A stretch of DNA of 64,000 nt from Eledone cirrhosa (GCA_964016885.1 OZ024758.1:14818001-14882000), one strand, 5' to 3'; positions 44,515 to 57,860 are shown, counted from the stretch's first letter. A program made the numbers and translations. The notes: generated by a model from the sequence alone, not told the origin.

Positions 44515-47004
44515 ATGTGTGTGCGTTTATGTGTGTGCGAATAAATAAATACAAACAGAAAGCAAAATAATTATATGAAATATAATTTTTCTGCATTCAA
44601 TCAAATATTTCATAGATTTATTACTGCTCAGTGATTTAGTTGTGTTAGCTCTCCTCCACCCCCATCTATGCACCCCACACCTCTCCATTTCCACCTGTAC
44701 CCTCACCTCTTCTCAACACTCCACCACCTTCGCCCATTTTTTTTTCTTAATGATACACATAAAACTATAATTAGAATTCGTAGTGAGTCTAGTGAAATTA
44801 TTATGGCTACAAAACTGAAGACTTTTAAATCAAACACACTTGGTTCATTTTAAAGTATGCCAAGTGGTAAGGCTGTTGGTCTTATGATCATAATGCTGTG
44901 GGTTTGATTCCTGGACTGAGTCGTGTGTTGTGATCTTGAGCAAAACAGTTCAGTTCATGTTGCTCCAGTATAATCAGTGGAGGCACGTGGCCTAGTGGTA
45001 AGACTTTGGGACTTACGATCTGTAAACGTGGTTGGTGTTAGGAAGGGAATCCAGCCGTAGAAAACCCACCAGACAGTCCAATCAGCCGTAGAAAACCCAC
45101 GAGCAAGACAACCAATCTTGCCTCACATGGGGACAATTCCCATCTAAACCCATGCTAGCGTGCAAGATAGACGTTAAACAATGATGATGATGATGATGAT
45201 CATCATCATAATGTTATGGGTTTGATTTTTGAACTGGGTTGTATGTATGTATGAGTGTATGGTCCCGTAACTCCTGATAGGATCGTAGGGTTGCTGTATT
45301 GACATACAGCGGTGCTTGGGCATTGTTTAAGCCTGACGAAGCCCATCCCTCTCCAGGCCTGAGTACAGCAGGTTTTTTCCAAAGAAAGATAGAAAGTAAG
45401 AGAGAGGAAATGAGAAAGAGATATAGAAGAAGAATCAACCCCAGTATTAGACTGGTACTTTTTTATCGATCCCGAAAGGATGAAAGGCAAAGTTGACCTC
45501 GGTGTGATTTGAACTCAGAGAGTCAGAATGAATTCCGTAAAACATTTTAGCCGACGTTCTAACGACTGCAAATTTGCTGCCTATGTTGTGCGTTGTGTTC
45601 TTGAGCAAAACACTTCATTTCACGTTGCTCCAGTATACTCAGATGAAAATGAGTACAAGCAATAGTCTGGTTTACTTCTCCACATCCAGTGCTGGATTTA
45701 CCATTGTCTTTAAGCCGGCTGCAACTGGCCACTCATACTGATGTTAAGGTATTGTTCTCAAAATAAATAATATCAAAATCTCATAGATTCGATATTATGT
45801 GAGATAATTATGGGAGGTAAAGCCTTTACTGTGAAAATACAATAGTATATATAGAGTAATGTGAATGCTAAAGGGTTAATGTAACCATTTTTAAGTTTAA
45901 GATGCGATTTTGGAGGAATTTGGCTGCTATTTCTAACAGGTTGAGCAAACAACTATATATAGAAAACATGCAAAGACTCCCTTTGAAAGTTCTTCTTTGA
46001 GGCACAAGCCTGGGCAGGGTTGTTTGAGGAAGACCAGCAGTCACCCATGCATACCAGCCTCCCCTCTCCATGCCACCAATGATGTCCAAGGAAAAGGCAA
46101 TGGCCAATACAGCTTGGCACCTGTGATGTCACAACTCATTTCTACAGCTGAGTAAACATGAAATAGAGTGTCTTGCTCAAGGACACAATTTATCACCCAG
46201 TCTGATAATTGAATTCACCACCTCACGATTGCAAGCCCCATGTTCTAACCACTAAACCATACACTTTCATATAATAAACTTGTAGTGTAGCAGAAATTGA
46301 GGTCACATTAGGGTTAAGCATATGCAATGAGTTTTATTTAAGTTAAATATAATTTGATAATAATTTTATCAGAACCAACTTCTGTTACTTCTATTGAATT
46401 AAATTACAACTTTTTGAATAATTAAGGATTTTTAAATATTTACTATTTATATTGAGAAACTCAATATTACTTTTGGTTCCTTGTGATAAGCGATAACCTG
46501 AAAACAGAGAATAAAAGATAGAATCACTTAGATGACAGCTAGTAATCTTTTACTGTTTCAATGGTTGCAGAACTGGCTGTAAGTTTTATGTTCAATACCA
46601 CTATACTGAACTTTGTACAAGTATCTACTACAATAAACTTGAGTTGACCAACATTTTGTGAGTGAAATTTGATAGTGGAAAACTGTGTGGGAGTCTGTTA
46701 TATACGTACCCCTCCCCTCCCACATATATATAGGAAAAAGAAGTTGCAAATGCAGTTGGAGTCTTTAAGAAGGTTTATTTACAATAATTTATAACTCATC
46801 ATCATCATCATTTAATGTCCATTTTCCACACTAGCATGGGTTAGACGGGTTGTCCCATTTGAGGCAAGTTGGGTTAGGTGACCGTGTCTTGCTCATATAG
46901 AACTATTTTGGGGTAGAGTTCTACGGCAGGATGCCCTTCCTAACGCCAACCATATTTACAGTGCGTGCAGGGTGCTGTTTGTTGTGACTCCTACCAGACT
47001 ACTT

Positions 47005-47748
47005 TACCACTTTACAGTGTGGGCTGGGTGCTTTTTGTTGTGACTTCTACATGATCACTTTACAGTGTGGGCTGCGTTCTTTTTGTCATGACTCCTACAT
47101 GACCACTTTACAGTGTGGGCTGCGTTCTTTTTGTCATGACTCCTACATGACCACTTTACAGTGTGGGCTGCGTTCTTTTTGTCATGACTCCTACATGACC
47201 ACTTTACAGTGTGGGCTGCGTTCTTTTTGTCATGACTCCTACATGACCACTTTACAGTGTGGGCTGCGTTCTTTTTGTCATGACTCCTACATGACCACTT
47301 TACAGTGTGGGCTGGGTGCTTTTTGTTGTGATTCCTACATGACCACTTTGCTGTGATTGCTGGGTGATTTTTGTTGTGATTCCTACATGACCCTGTAGCG
47401 ACTAGCGCTACCTTGCCCGGGGAGAAAAAACTAATTGGAGTTACTTCCCGTTGAATTCTAGAAGATTCCTTGAACTTCCGGTCTAGGGATTATAAAGGAG
47501 GGAGAAAAGAGACATCTTAGCTTATTTGGCGACCGGTTCTTGGACAGTTCACTCACGAGTGAGTTTGTTAACCTTATTATATTTGTATCAAATTAAATTA
47601 GTGGTTGGCCTGCAGGGCGTTTACCAAAGTAAATAAGCCTGTGACCAATTCACTAAAACCCCTTTACAGTCTTGGCTGGGTGCTTTTTTGTCGTGATTCC
47701 TACATGACCCCTTTACAGTCTTGGCTGGGTGCTTTTTGTCGTGATTCT
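47005..47748. repeat. 45-bp tandem expansion of a SINE internal segment
   Basis: accactttacagtgtgggctgcgttctttttgtcatgactcctacatg-type unit repeated. Confidence 0.9.
47394..47657 (+). mobile_element. Solo LTR (Gypsy-like)
   Basis: TGTAGCGA...TCACTAAA ends, 4-bp TSD ACCC on both sides, internal tataaa and attaaa; interrupts the 45-bp array. Confidence 0.7.
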
Positions 47749-47750
47749 CA

Positions 47751-48080
47751 ACCCACACGAAATCATTCCTCTCAATATTAACATATAAGTGTGCACTCTG
47801 CTTTCATTTTTTATTGCTATCCTAGTGATGCTGGCTAATTCCCTGCTGATGAAGTTACTCTTAACCGATTAAGTAATGTTTAATAGCATTACCTAACTTC
47901 TGTGTATGCCAGTCCAACATGGACTGTTGCCAGCAGACAGGGTAACAGAAACTAGTGCCTAGTCTGGGGGCAGAGAATTAAATTCCCTACCCACAAGAAA
48001 TCGTTTCTCTCTCTATTAATGTATAAGTGTGCACTCTGTTTTCCTTTTTCGTTGGTATTCTAACGATGCTGGCTTAATTA
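47751..48080 (+). ncRNA. Retrozyme-like 238-bp unit (1.4 copies) with type I hammerhead 47840-47970
   Basis: tccctg-CTGATGA-agttactct...agggtaaca-GAAA-ctag tgc ctag-TC-tggggg; acccaca..gtgtgcactctg..gatgctggct repeated at 47751 and 47989. Confidence 0.7.
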
Positions 48081-48137
48081 AAGCATTGAGTCAATGGCAG
48101 AATGGTCTGAGATACACCAGCTCTTCTGATGACTTTG

Positions 48138-48690
48138 TAGAGGGTCGGACGCCATGCTTTCCAGCATAGTTACGTCCCTTTATGATCTGAGTTCAAATCC
48201 CGCCGAGGTTGACTTTGCCTTTCATCCTTACGGGGTCGATAAAAAAAAGTACCAGTAATGCACTGGGTGATTGCTGGCCTTGTGCCTAAAGTAGAAACAA
48301 TTATTATTATATATATAATATAATATAAGGGTGGTGGATTGGCAGTATCGGTAGAGGGTCGGACGCCATGCTTTCCAGCATAGTTACGTCCCTTTACGAT
48401 CTGAGTTCAAATCCCGCCAAGGTTGACTTTGCCTTTCATCCCTACGGGGTCGATAAAATAAAGTACCAGTAATATACTGGGTAATTGCTGGCCTTGTGCC
48501 TAACGTAGAAACAATTATTATTATATATATAAGGGCGGTGGCATAGAGTTACGGCCTTTTATGTCTGAGTTCAAATCCCGCCGAGGTTAACTTTGTCTTT
48601 CATCCTTACGGGGTCGATAAAATAAAGTACCAGTCATGCACTAAGATAATTGCTGGCCTTGTACCAAAAGTAGAAATAATAATTATATAT
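48138..48690 (+). mobile_element. Three tandem family 2 SINEs
   Basis: Repeated gagttcaaatcccgcc..gcctttcatcc..agaaacaattatt. Confidence 0.88.
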
Positions 48691-49499
48691 ATATCATCAT
48701 CATCATCATCATTTTTTCCTGCTATCAAAGGTATGTATGTGTTAGAAGTGCTGTCAATGAATTTGATACAGACTTTGAAAAATATCTATGTTAAAATCAC
48801 CAGAACATCATATAGACTTATCTTATTTTATAAGTAGATGTACACATCAGTTATTTACAAGCAAACGAAATAAGATAAAATAGATCTTTCTTATTTTATT
48901 ATCATTATTTTCGAAAAATAAATTCTTTGCTCATAAATTTTAAATTTCAACCAAACATTGAAATTGATTGTTTATACTCATTAAAGCTTAAAATTATATT
49001 TATGTGAAATTATGACACAGTAGATACAAACTAACAGTAAGCAGAGTTTTCAAGGGGGAGTTTTAGGTTGATTTTTTTTTGTTTTAATGTTTTTAATACT
49101 TATAACAATTTAAGTATATTTGTTGAAAAATTTATGTTTTTTAATTAAATGATTTCATATAAGTGTAGCTTGGCTGGAATAATTTCAGGACTGTAATCAA
49201 TAAACTAGTGTGTGATGAATTGATGAATACAATTATAGTAACTTGTAGATGTTTTTTTTTCATGTATTTATTTAGATTGGTTTATTGTGAAGCTAGCTAA
49301 TAAAGTGGATTTTGATGAAAAATTTCTGTAAAACAATTAAAAAAAAAAATATCAAAAAAGATTTTTCAAAATGTTGGTTTGGTCTTGGGTAATAAAATTG
49401 TTTATTATATCTCTGAACTATTCAAATAATATATAAATTACTAAAAACAAATCATTAAATATTGCTGAAAGCAACAAATGAACAGAGTGGTGTTTGTGT

Positions 49500-50875
49500 G
49501 CTAATAACTAAACTGGTCTTCTTGTATAAAGTTTAGTGAAGGATGCTGTGTGTGTGTATCTAGTTTAGAATTTGTACCCCATGTTCTTAAGTTCCTAAGT
49601 TCCTGCATACCATAAGAGATGATTAAAAGGATTGGTAAAAGATTGTTAATAACTAAACTGGTCTTCATGTATGAAGTTTAGTGAAATATGTTGTGTGTAT
49701 CTAGTTCAGAATTTGTACACCATGTTCTTAAGTTCTTAAGTTCCTGCATGCCATAAGAGATGATTAAAAGGATTGGTAAAAGATTGTTATTAATTAAACT
49801 GGTCTTCATGTATGACGTTTAGTGAAATATGTTGTGTGTATCTAGTTCAGAATTTGTACACCATGTTCTTAAGTCCTTAAGTTCCTACGTTCCTGCATGC
49901 CATAAGAGATGATTAAAAGGATTGGTAAAAGATTGTTAATAACTAAACTGGTCTTCATGTATGAAGTTTAGTGAAATATGTTGTGTGTATCTAGTTCAGA
50001 ATATATACACCATGTTTTTAAGTTCCTACATTCCTGCATGCCATAAGAGACAATTAAATGCATTGGTCCAAAATTGTTTAGTGAAGGATGTTGTGTCTAG
50101 TTCAGAATATATACACCTTGTTATATATACAGTTTACTCAGCTGTAGAAATGAGATGATAGGGACTGGGGTCCATATCATTCCACTGCAAAGTGGTCGTG
50201 GAGGTGTCACGGCAAAAAAGCACCCAGCCCACACTGTAAAGTGGACGTGTAGGCGCCATGGAAAAAAAGCACCCAGCACTCACTGTAAATGAGGTTGGTG
50301 TTAGGAAGGGCATCCAGCTGTAGAAATCATCCAGAATCAGTTCCCGTCCCACCCTTGCAAGCAGGGAAAATGCGGACGTAAAATGATGATGATGATGATG
50401 ATGATGATGATGTTCCTATGTATCTGAATGTTCCTTCATGTTATAAAAGACAAGTAAAAGGATTAGTAAAAAATTATTTAGTGAAGGATCTTATGTGTGT
50501 ATCCAGTTTAAAATATGTACACCATGTTCCTAAGATCCTGCTTGCCATGTCATAAGAGCAACTAAAAGTATTGGGGCTAGAAGGGTTTCCAACTGTGCAG
50601 AATACTCAACCACTTATATATTAAACAAAAAGTCAGACATTTTGAATTGTGTTTTCTGCTTGTTTCAAAAATTGCTAATAACTAATTGGTCTTATGAAGT
50701 TTAGTGAAGGATGTTGTGTGTATCTAGTTTAGAATTTGTACACCATGTTCCTAAGTTCCTAAGTTCCTGCATGTCATAAGAGATGATTAAAAGAATGGGT
50801 AAAAGATTGTTTAGTGAAGGATGTTGTGTGTGTGTGTCGTTCACAATATGTACACCATGTTCCTATGTTACTGCA
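49500..50875. repeat. ~140-150-bp degenerate tandem repeat interrupted by a family 1 SINE (50132-50412 +)
   Basis: taactaaactggtctt...tttagtgaa...tgtacaccatgttc...ataagagatgattaaaag recurs. Confidence 0.85.
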
Positions 50876-50979
50876 TGATCCAAAGCAGCTGGTTATGGCT
50901 GGTTTGAACAGAAAGAGGTGAGAGAATTCTGGCCAGATATGGCTAGTTCAAATGCTAAAAGGTTCACATCAGTATGAGT

Positions 50980-51337
50980 ATTTACTTGTAGTTCGTATTT
51001 GCAGAATTCATGGAAGAAGTGTCATGGGAGTAGTGAATTCACAAGTGGTCCCCAAAAAACCCGCATGTATATCCCAAACGAGGGAAAAAAAAACGTCCTG
51101 TTTGCCGCAGATTCTCCACAGACGCAGGGACAGAAACAACCCGAAGCCACTGGTTGCTGGAACAGACACCTCTTGGATTTTCACCAGAGCCCCTTTTGCC
51201 GGGTTGTGGCCCTAATACCGTTGGGTGTCAGACCAATCCGCCTTGGGTGGCCCTACCAGGAACCAAAGTTTCCGACGGCATAGCTCTGACACTACCCGTT
51301 GCCACCACCCTGCCACGTTGAGGAGGGGTTGGACTTT
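50980..51337 (-). mobile_element. Short non-autonomous RTE-derived element (5'-UTR-like) with 9-bp TSD
   Basis: agtatgagt at 50971-50979 and 51338-51346; gagctatgccgtcgg..cctggtagggccacccaagg resembles RTE/Expander 5' UTRs; inserted in MITE sequence. Confidence 0.6.
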
Positions 51338-51963
51338 AGTATGAGTGGCCAGTTACAGCCAGTTTGAACAGAAAGAGGTGAGAGAATTCTGGCCGGATAT
51401 GGCCGGTTTAAATGCTAAAGGGTTAAACTCAGTGTTATAATGGGGTATATTACACCTGGTTAGTATGACCAAAGGTAAATCAAAGTATTCATCAGACATC
51501 ATTTCAAACTACAAACGAGATCACTACAATGAGAGTCCGTATACACAGTGTATTGACGGTTCACTTATAACACCAGTAATAATAACTCAGTTATTATTCA
51601 TAGACATTTTGCCTAGTCCACTTTTAGTTACACGGGGTGTTCAGGGTTTTTCCCTACAATACTCAGAGAGCAGAAAGCTGGAATGGATACTGCAAAACAT
51701 TCTATCAGACATTCTAATAACTCTGCCATTTTGTTGCCTGTTCTATATTCTCATATACTAATTCTGTGTGTAGTGAACAACTTATGTAGATGTTAGAGAC
51801 CAACGATAGTTTGCAGCACACTAATCAACAAAGATGACAGCTAATAAGCTAGAAACTAATTCATCATTCCTTTGTCAGGGTTGAACAAAAGAGCAACGAT
51901 GGTTGCCGAACACTGTACGGCTTAATTCGGGCTGTTTGTTTACAAACAAACCAAACATATATA

Positions 51964-52308
51964 TCATTTCATTTCATCATTTCATTTTACGTCCACATTT
52001 TCCCTGCTTGCAAGGGTGGGACGGGAACTGATTCTGGCTTGATTTCTACAGCTGGATGCTCTTCCTAACACCAACCTCATTTACAGTGAGTGCTGGGTGC
52101 TTTTTTGCCGTGGCACCTCCACGACCACTTTGCAGTGGAATGATATGGACCCCAGTCCCTATCATCTCATTTCTACAGCTGAGTAAACTGGAGCAATGTG
52201 AAATAAAGTGTCTTGCTCAAGGAAACAACACATCACCCAGTCTGAGAATTGAACTCGCAACCTTTCGATTGCAAGGCCAATGCTCTAACCACTAAGCCAT
52301 GTGCCTCC
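51964..52308 (-). mobile_element. SINE family 1 inserted into a family G pLTR remnant (51820-52385)
   Basis: Full SINE; family G sequence continues on both sides. Confidence 0.85.
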
Positions 52309-52504
52309 ACATATATATATGTGTGCATGTATGTATATACATACTACTGTACGTCTGTATACATATATGTATGTATGTATACATACTTATATATATTTAT
52401 TTCATTTTATTTTTTCTACTTGATCATTAAATAACTAATATAATAATCTTCTGTACATTATCTGATTGTATTTATTAAGAAATATACTTTATGGTTAATG
52501 TCAT

Positions 52505-53020
52505 AATGATGATGATGGTGGTGGTGATGGTGGTTGTGGGGGTAGCTGTGGCGGTGTTGGTTTGGTGGTGGTGATGGTGGTGATGATGGTGATGGTGATA
52601 ACAGTGGTGGTGGTGGTGGTGACGATGGTGATGATGATGATGATGATGATGATGTTGGTTTGGTGGTGGTGGTGGTGATGATGATGATGATGATGTTGTT
52701 GGTTTGGTGGTGGTGGTGGTGACGATGGTGATGATGATAGCAGTGGTGGTGGTGGTGGTGACGACGGTGATGATGATGATGATGATTTTGGTGTTGGTGG
52801 TGATAATGTTGGTGGTGATGGTGGTGATCATTATGATGATCGTTGTGGTGGTGGTAGTGGTGGTGTTGGTGATGGTGGTGATGGTGACAATGTTGGTGGT
52901 GATGGTGGTGGTGGTGGTGACAATGTTGCTGATGCTGCTGGTAGTGGTGGTGACGATGGGGATGACAATGGTGATTATGATGATGACAATGATGATTATG
53001 ATGATGATGATGATGATGAT
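52505..53020. repeat. (GAT/GGT)n repeat
   Basis: Directly visible. Confidence 0.9.
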
Positions 53021-53699
53021 AAACTAATGATTGAATTTCTAAAAACGGAAATCCAATAGAGAAGAACTTACACCCCTAACTAAAAAAAGAAGAAAATGAG
53101 CAAGCAACATGGTGGCTTCTTATATCAAATATAGTTTTGTATGGAGAAGTAATCCTGCTGAGCCAAAAGGGAAATATGTTGATGCAATGTTGAATTATCA
53201 AATGAAAATATAAAGCCATCAAAATTGAAGAATCATTTTTTGAATTAAGCATGAAGAATTGAAAGAAAAGCCAGGGGAGTTTTTCAAAGACAAAGCAATG
53301 TCTATTCGAAGTAAAAAAAAAACTGCCATGCCGGTTTCATATCTTAAACATGTTCTGCTTGCTTAAAGGGATCCTATATTGTATTAGAAATGGTTGCAAA
53401 TATTATGAAAGCTCCATATAATTAGTGAATTGCTTATTCTGCCTGCTGCATATGAAATCTGCCATTGTGTAGCTAGTTAGAATATTGGATTGATGTTTGA
53501 AATGATATCACTTTCTAACGACACAGTAAAACACTGAGAATCGATGAAATATCAAATATTTCAGTCAGTCGACTACTTGGAAGATTATAGAACTCAAGTA
53601 TGTTTGTAATACATCATCATCATCATCATCATCATCATCCGGATTTTGATAATGCAGGACACAATTAATCCCTAAATAGGGGTGGGTGGTGTCTGACAG

Positions 53700-54020
53700 C
53701 GTTCCTTAGCGTCCCGCTCCATGTGTTTCTGTTTGCTGGTCACACTTGGGCCAGGCCAAACCTAGCTTGATCCCGATGGACATCCTCCATCCAAGTCCTT
53801 TTTGGTCTTCCTAGGCCTCTACTACCTCCTGCATTGACATACATCACTTTGCTGATCCAGCCCTCACTGCGCTCGACATGGCCGTACCAGCACATGTGTC
53901 TCATGTGAAGCACATCCTCGAGGTCGTTGATCAGCAATCTTTTCAGGAGCTCAGTTGAACTGACATCATCAGTGGTTACACTGCACATCCAGTGGATCAT
54001 AGCTCTGTCATTTCTTCTGA
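53700..54020 (-). mobile_element. RTE LINE 3' fragment
   Basis: ORF 53740-54000: WMCSV..CWYGHVERS..GRPKRTW. Confidence 0.8.
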
Positions 54021-54173
54021 ACTAATTCAGAGAGTTCAATACAGTTAAATGGAAGTCCCAGTGTTGTTTGTTGTGAATCAACCAAAGATGTTCTGCTATT
54101 TTTTGACATTTTTATAAAAATATATTCCATGAAGATTATTATTTTTTTTTAAGAGGTGGTGGAAGTATTTTTA

Positions 54174-54620
54174 TTCAGCCTTACTGCTGCAGGCTACATC
54201 AAGCGAGATTCCCCAGCTTTTACTAACCTTTCTTGAGAGGAAGGGGTTCATTCAGCCTTACTGCTGCAGGCTACATCAAGCGAGATTCCCCAGCTTTTAC
54301 TAACCTTTCTTGGGAGGGAAGGGTTTATCCAGCCTTACTGCTGCAGGCTACATCAAGCAAGATTCACCCAACTTTTGCTAACCTTTCTTGAGAGGGAGGG
54401 GTTTATTCAGCCTTACTGCTGCAAGCTACATCAAGCGAGATTCACCAGCTTTTGCTAACCTTTCTTGAGAGGAAGGGGTTCATTCAGCCTTACTGCTGCA
54501 AGCTACATCAAGTGAGATTCCCCAGCTTTTGCTAACCTTTCTTGAGAGGAAAGGGTTCATTCAGCCTTACTGCTGCAAGCTACATCTAGCGAGATTCCCC
54601 AGCTTTTCCTAACCTTTCTT
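54174..54620. repeat. ~77-bp minisatellite (6 copies)
   Basis: ttcagccttactgctgcaggctacatcaagcgagattc unit. Confidence 0.92.
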
Positions 54621-54825
54621 GCAAATAATAATCTATGTGTAAGTATGATTGTTACAATGTGCAGAGATGGTGTTGCTAGGGTGACAGAAAAAGAACAGCG
54701 GATTTTACACTGGAGTTAAACAACTGCACAAGACCAATTTTCTGCTGACATGTTGCATTATTCTTTGATAGGTTCTGGCATCAAATAAAATAGGTCATGA
54801 TTTACCTGTCAATATAGAAACTCTT

Positions 54826-55735
54826 AGGTGGCGAATTAGCAGAGTTGTTAGAACGTTGGATTAGAATGCTTTATAGTATTCGTTCCGTCTCTAATCTCTG
54901 AGTTCAAATCCCACCGAGGTCAACTTTGACTTTCATCTATTCGAGGTCGATAAAAAAAAGTGCCAGTCAAGTACTGGGGTCGATACTTCCTCTATATCTC
55001 TTTCTCATTTTCTCTCTCTCTCACTTTCTATCTTTCTCTGGAAGAAATCTGCTGTAATCAGTCCAGGGGAGGAGATGGGCTCCACCAGACTTAAAAATGC
55101 CCAAGAAACGCTCTATGTCAATATGGTGCCCCTACAACTCTATCAGGAGTTATGGCACCATACCATAGAACATTTTATCAAGATTGGGAATTTCATTAAA
55201 ACCAATTTAACCAATGTTAGATTATTATTATTATAGGCCAGATATATAAATAAAGTACCAGTAATGTACTGGATAATTGCTGGCCTTGTGCCTAAAGTAG
55301 AAACAATTATTATTATAGGCCAGTGGAATGGCAGTATTAGTAGAGGGTCTGATGCCATGCTTTGCAGCATAGAGTTATGGCCCTTTATGTTCTGAGTTCA
55401 AATCCCGCCGAGGTTAGCTTTGCCTTTCATCCTTACGGGGGTCGATAAAATAAAGCACCAGTAATGCACTGGGGTCGATTTAATCGACTTTCCCCTCCTC
55501 CCAAATTGCTGGCCTTGTTCCTATAGTAGAAATCATTATTATAGGCCAGTGGATTGGCAAGATATCGGTAGAGCGTCAGACACCATGCTTTGCAGCATAG
55601 AGTTATGGCCCTTTACGTTCTGAGTTCAAATCCCGCAGAGGTTAACTTTGCCTTTCATCCTTACAGGGTCGATAAAATAAAGTACCGGTAATGCACTGGG
55701 GTAATTGCTGACCTTGTTCCAAAAGTAGAAACAAT
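54826..55735 (+). mobile_element. Cluster of family 2 SINEs
   Basis: A/B boxes and gcctttcatcc..gtcgataaaa core repeated. Confidence 0.85.
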
Positions 55736-56466
55736 AATTTCTTTTGGAATGATGTAATGTTCAAGAGAAGCTGCTTACAAAATAACTTGCTGTTGTACTC
55801 AGAATCAAGATGGTTATCATACAGGAAGATTCTTTGAAGAGTACTGGAACTTTCTAAAGAAATAATTGATTTTCTTTAGTCACAGAAAAAGAAAAACAAA
55901 ACATCAAAAATATATCAGATTCAATAAATTTTCTGATGTGAGATTTGTGATACGTTAATCTCATCTCACTGGCTTTTATGATAAAGTCAAGACTCTCAAT
56001 CAATCCCTGTAAAATAGAAAAATTAGTGCATTTTGTAAGAAACTGAGAAATTGGTATACTGAACTATCAGCAAAGAATGATGTGCTATTTTTTTTTTTTT
56101 TTTCCAGACCTTCTTTTTTCGAGACATTTTTTTCATACTTTTTTTCCAGACCTTTTTTTTTTCCAGACGTTTTTTTCAGACTTTTTCCCCAGACATATTT
56201 TTTCCAGACTTTTTTTTTTCCAGGCTTTTTTCTTTCCAGACTTTTTTTTTTAGAAGTTAAAGAAATAGTAGGCACTACCAGCAATGCATTTTTTGAATAT
56301 CTGGAAAAAAGTTGTATAAATATTTCTCTGAAATGTCAGATAAAAAAATATACAATTGGGTAGTGAATCCATTTATGTATGATACTGAAGAAATTTCATG
56401 AGAGTTACGAAGAAGAAATTGCTGATAAGAAAATTGATGTTACTTTGAAAATGTTGTTTCAATTTC

Positions 56467-56695
56467 TTAACCCTTTAGCATTTAAACCGGCTGTATCCAG
56501 TCAGAATTCTCTCACCTCTTTTTGTTCAAACTGGCTGTAACTGGCCCCTCATACTGACTGTAAGGTATTGTTCTCAAAATAAATAATATCAAAATCTCAT
56601 AGATTTAATATTATGTGAGATAATTATGTAAGATAAAGCCTTTACCATGAAAATACAATAGTAAATATAGAGTAATGTAAATACTAAAGGGTTAA
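56467..56695. mobile_element. TTAA MITE
   Basis: ttaaccctttagcattta...taaatactaaagggttaa. Confidence 0.88.
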
Positions 56696-56954
56696 ACTAT
56701 AAACCCAGTACTATATACATTTAAATATAAATAAAACACTCAGTTAATCTTCAAAGCTTCTGACATGAATTTATATCTGCTCAACGGTAATCAAATTGGT
56801 CAAAGAAGGAAATACCAACTCTTCCTCCATTTAACTCAACATATTTCTGGGACAAAAGCTTTTCTGATTTAGCAAATTTAAAAACAAGTTGTCTACAAAT
56901 GGAAGGTGATATCTAATCTGTCACAACAAACAGAGAAACAATGAAATAGTTAGG

Positions 56955-57160
56955 TGTTGCATTCTTGAGCAAAACACTTCATTTTAATGCTGCTACTGTA
57001 TACTCAGCTGAACATGAGTACCAGTAATAGTTGGAGATTTATCCTTGCAATGGACTGGTGTCCTGTCCAGGGGGGAGTCTTGTACAATCAGTCATTAATA
57101 CCAGGGAAACTGGGATAAGCACTGGCCTGATGAGCCTTTGGGCCCAAGACAGTCTTTAAA
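56955..57160 (+). mobile_element. Ancient-type SINE remnant (Nin/Deu-like body and tail)
   Basis: ttcttgagcaaaacacttc..ctcagctgaacatgagtacc..ccttgcaatggactggtgtcctgtccaggggg..gggataagcactggcctgatgagcc resembles widespread metazoan SINE2 domains. Confidence 0.55.
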
Positions 57161-57594
57161 CTTTAGACCAGTTATATGCGGGGGGTTAATATAATCGACT
57201 TTCCCCTTCCACTAATTTTCTGGCCTTGTGCCAATGTTTGCAAGAATTATTATGCTGGTATTTCGGAACATAACATAATAACATTTTTAATATAAAATTA
57301 TGAAGGAATTTTTTTTAATAAATGTTTACAATTAAAAAAAAACAGCTTTGTTTCACAAAACCACGCTTTTTACCAATCAGTTTGGTATCAAAAGGGTTAA
57401 GAAAAAATATCTGTAACTTTATATATCTTGGCTTTATGCACAACAATGCTTTGGAATAGCTGGCTTAGAATTTCCCCGGCTTTATTGAGCAATAGCAAGA
57501 AGAAATTTATATATTCGTTGTTGTTATTGTTATTATTTAGCCCAAGGTTGACCCAATCCATGACCATGCTGTCTTTTTCTTATGTAGCATCTAT

Positions 57595-57860
57595 CTATGT
57601 GGTTAGAATGTCTCAGGAAAGAATTGCTGGACAGATTTTACAGGTGAAAACAACAGGCAGGAGACCCAGGAGTAGACCCTGAGCAAGATGGCTGGATAAC
57701 ATCCATGAGCTTGGCTGGTCTCACTTCTCGTCTGATCAGTTGGAGGTGGTTGCCTCTGACAGGACCCACTGGGGGGAGTGTTTGAGGACTTTGCCCCCAC
57801 GACTCTCTCAGGAATAAATGGGCGAAGAAGAAGAAGAAGAAGAAGAAGAAGAAGAAGAAG
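57595..57860 (+). mobile_element. RTE/Expander-like 3' end with (GAA)n tail
   Basis: VVRMSQERIAGQIL..GRRPRSRP; homologous to 21430-21690. Confidence 0.78.

Larger units (their letters stand above)
53090..56930 (+). pseudogene. Fragmented hAT (Buster/Charlie/ZBED5-like) transposase fossil
   Basis: Colinear motifs: LSNENIKPSKLKNH..KHEELKEKPGEFF (53190-53290), ELLILPAA, ISLSNDTV, CRDGVARVT (54658), LLLYSESRWLS (55785), YNWVVNPF (56350), LPPFNSTYFWDKSFS (56820). Confidence 0.75.

Noticed and set aside
48126-48140. CTGATGA upstream of the SINE cluster
   Set aside because: No stem II, GAAA or stem I partner.
57128-57150. CTGATGA-gcc tttg ggc as a hammerhead
   Set aside because: No GAAA follows, and it lies in a recognisable SINE tail.
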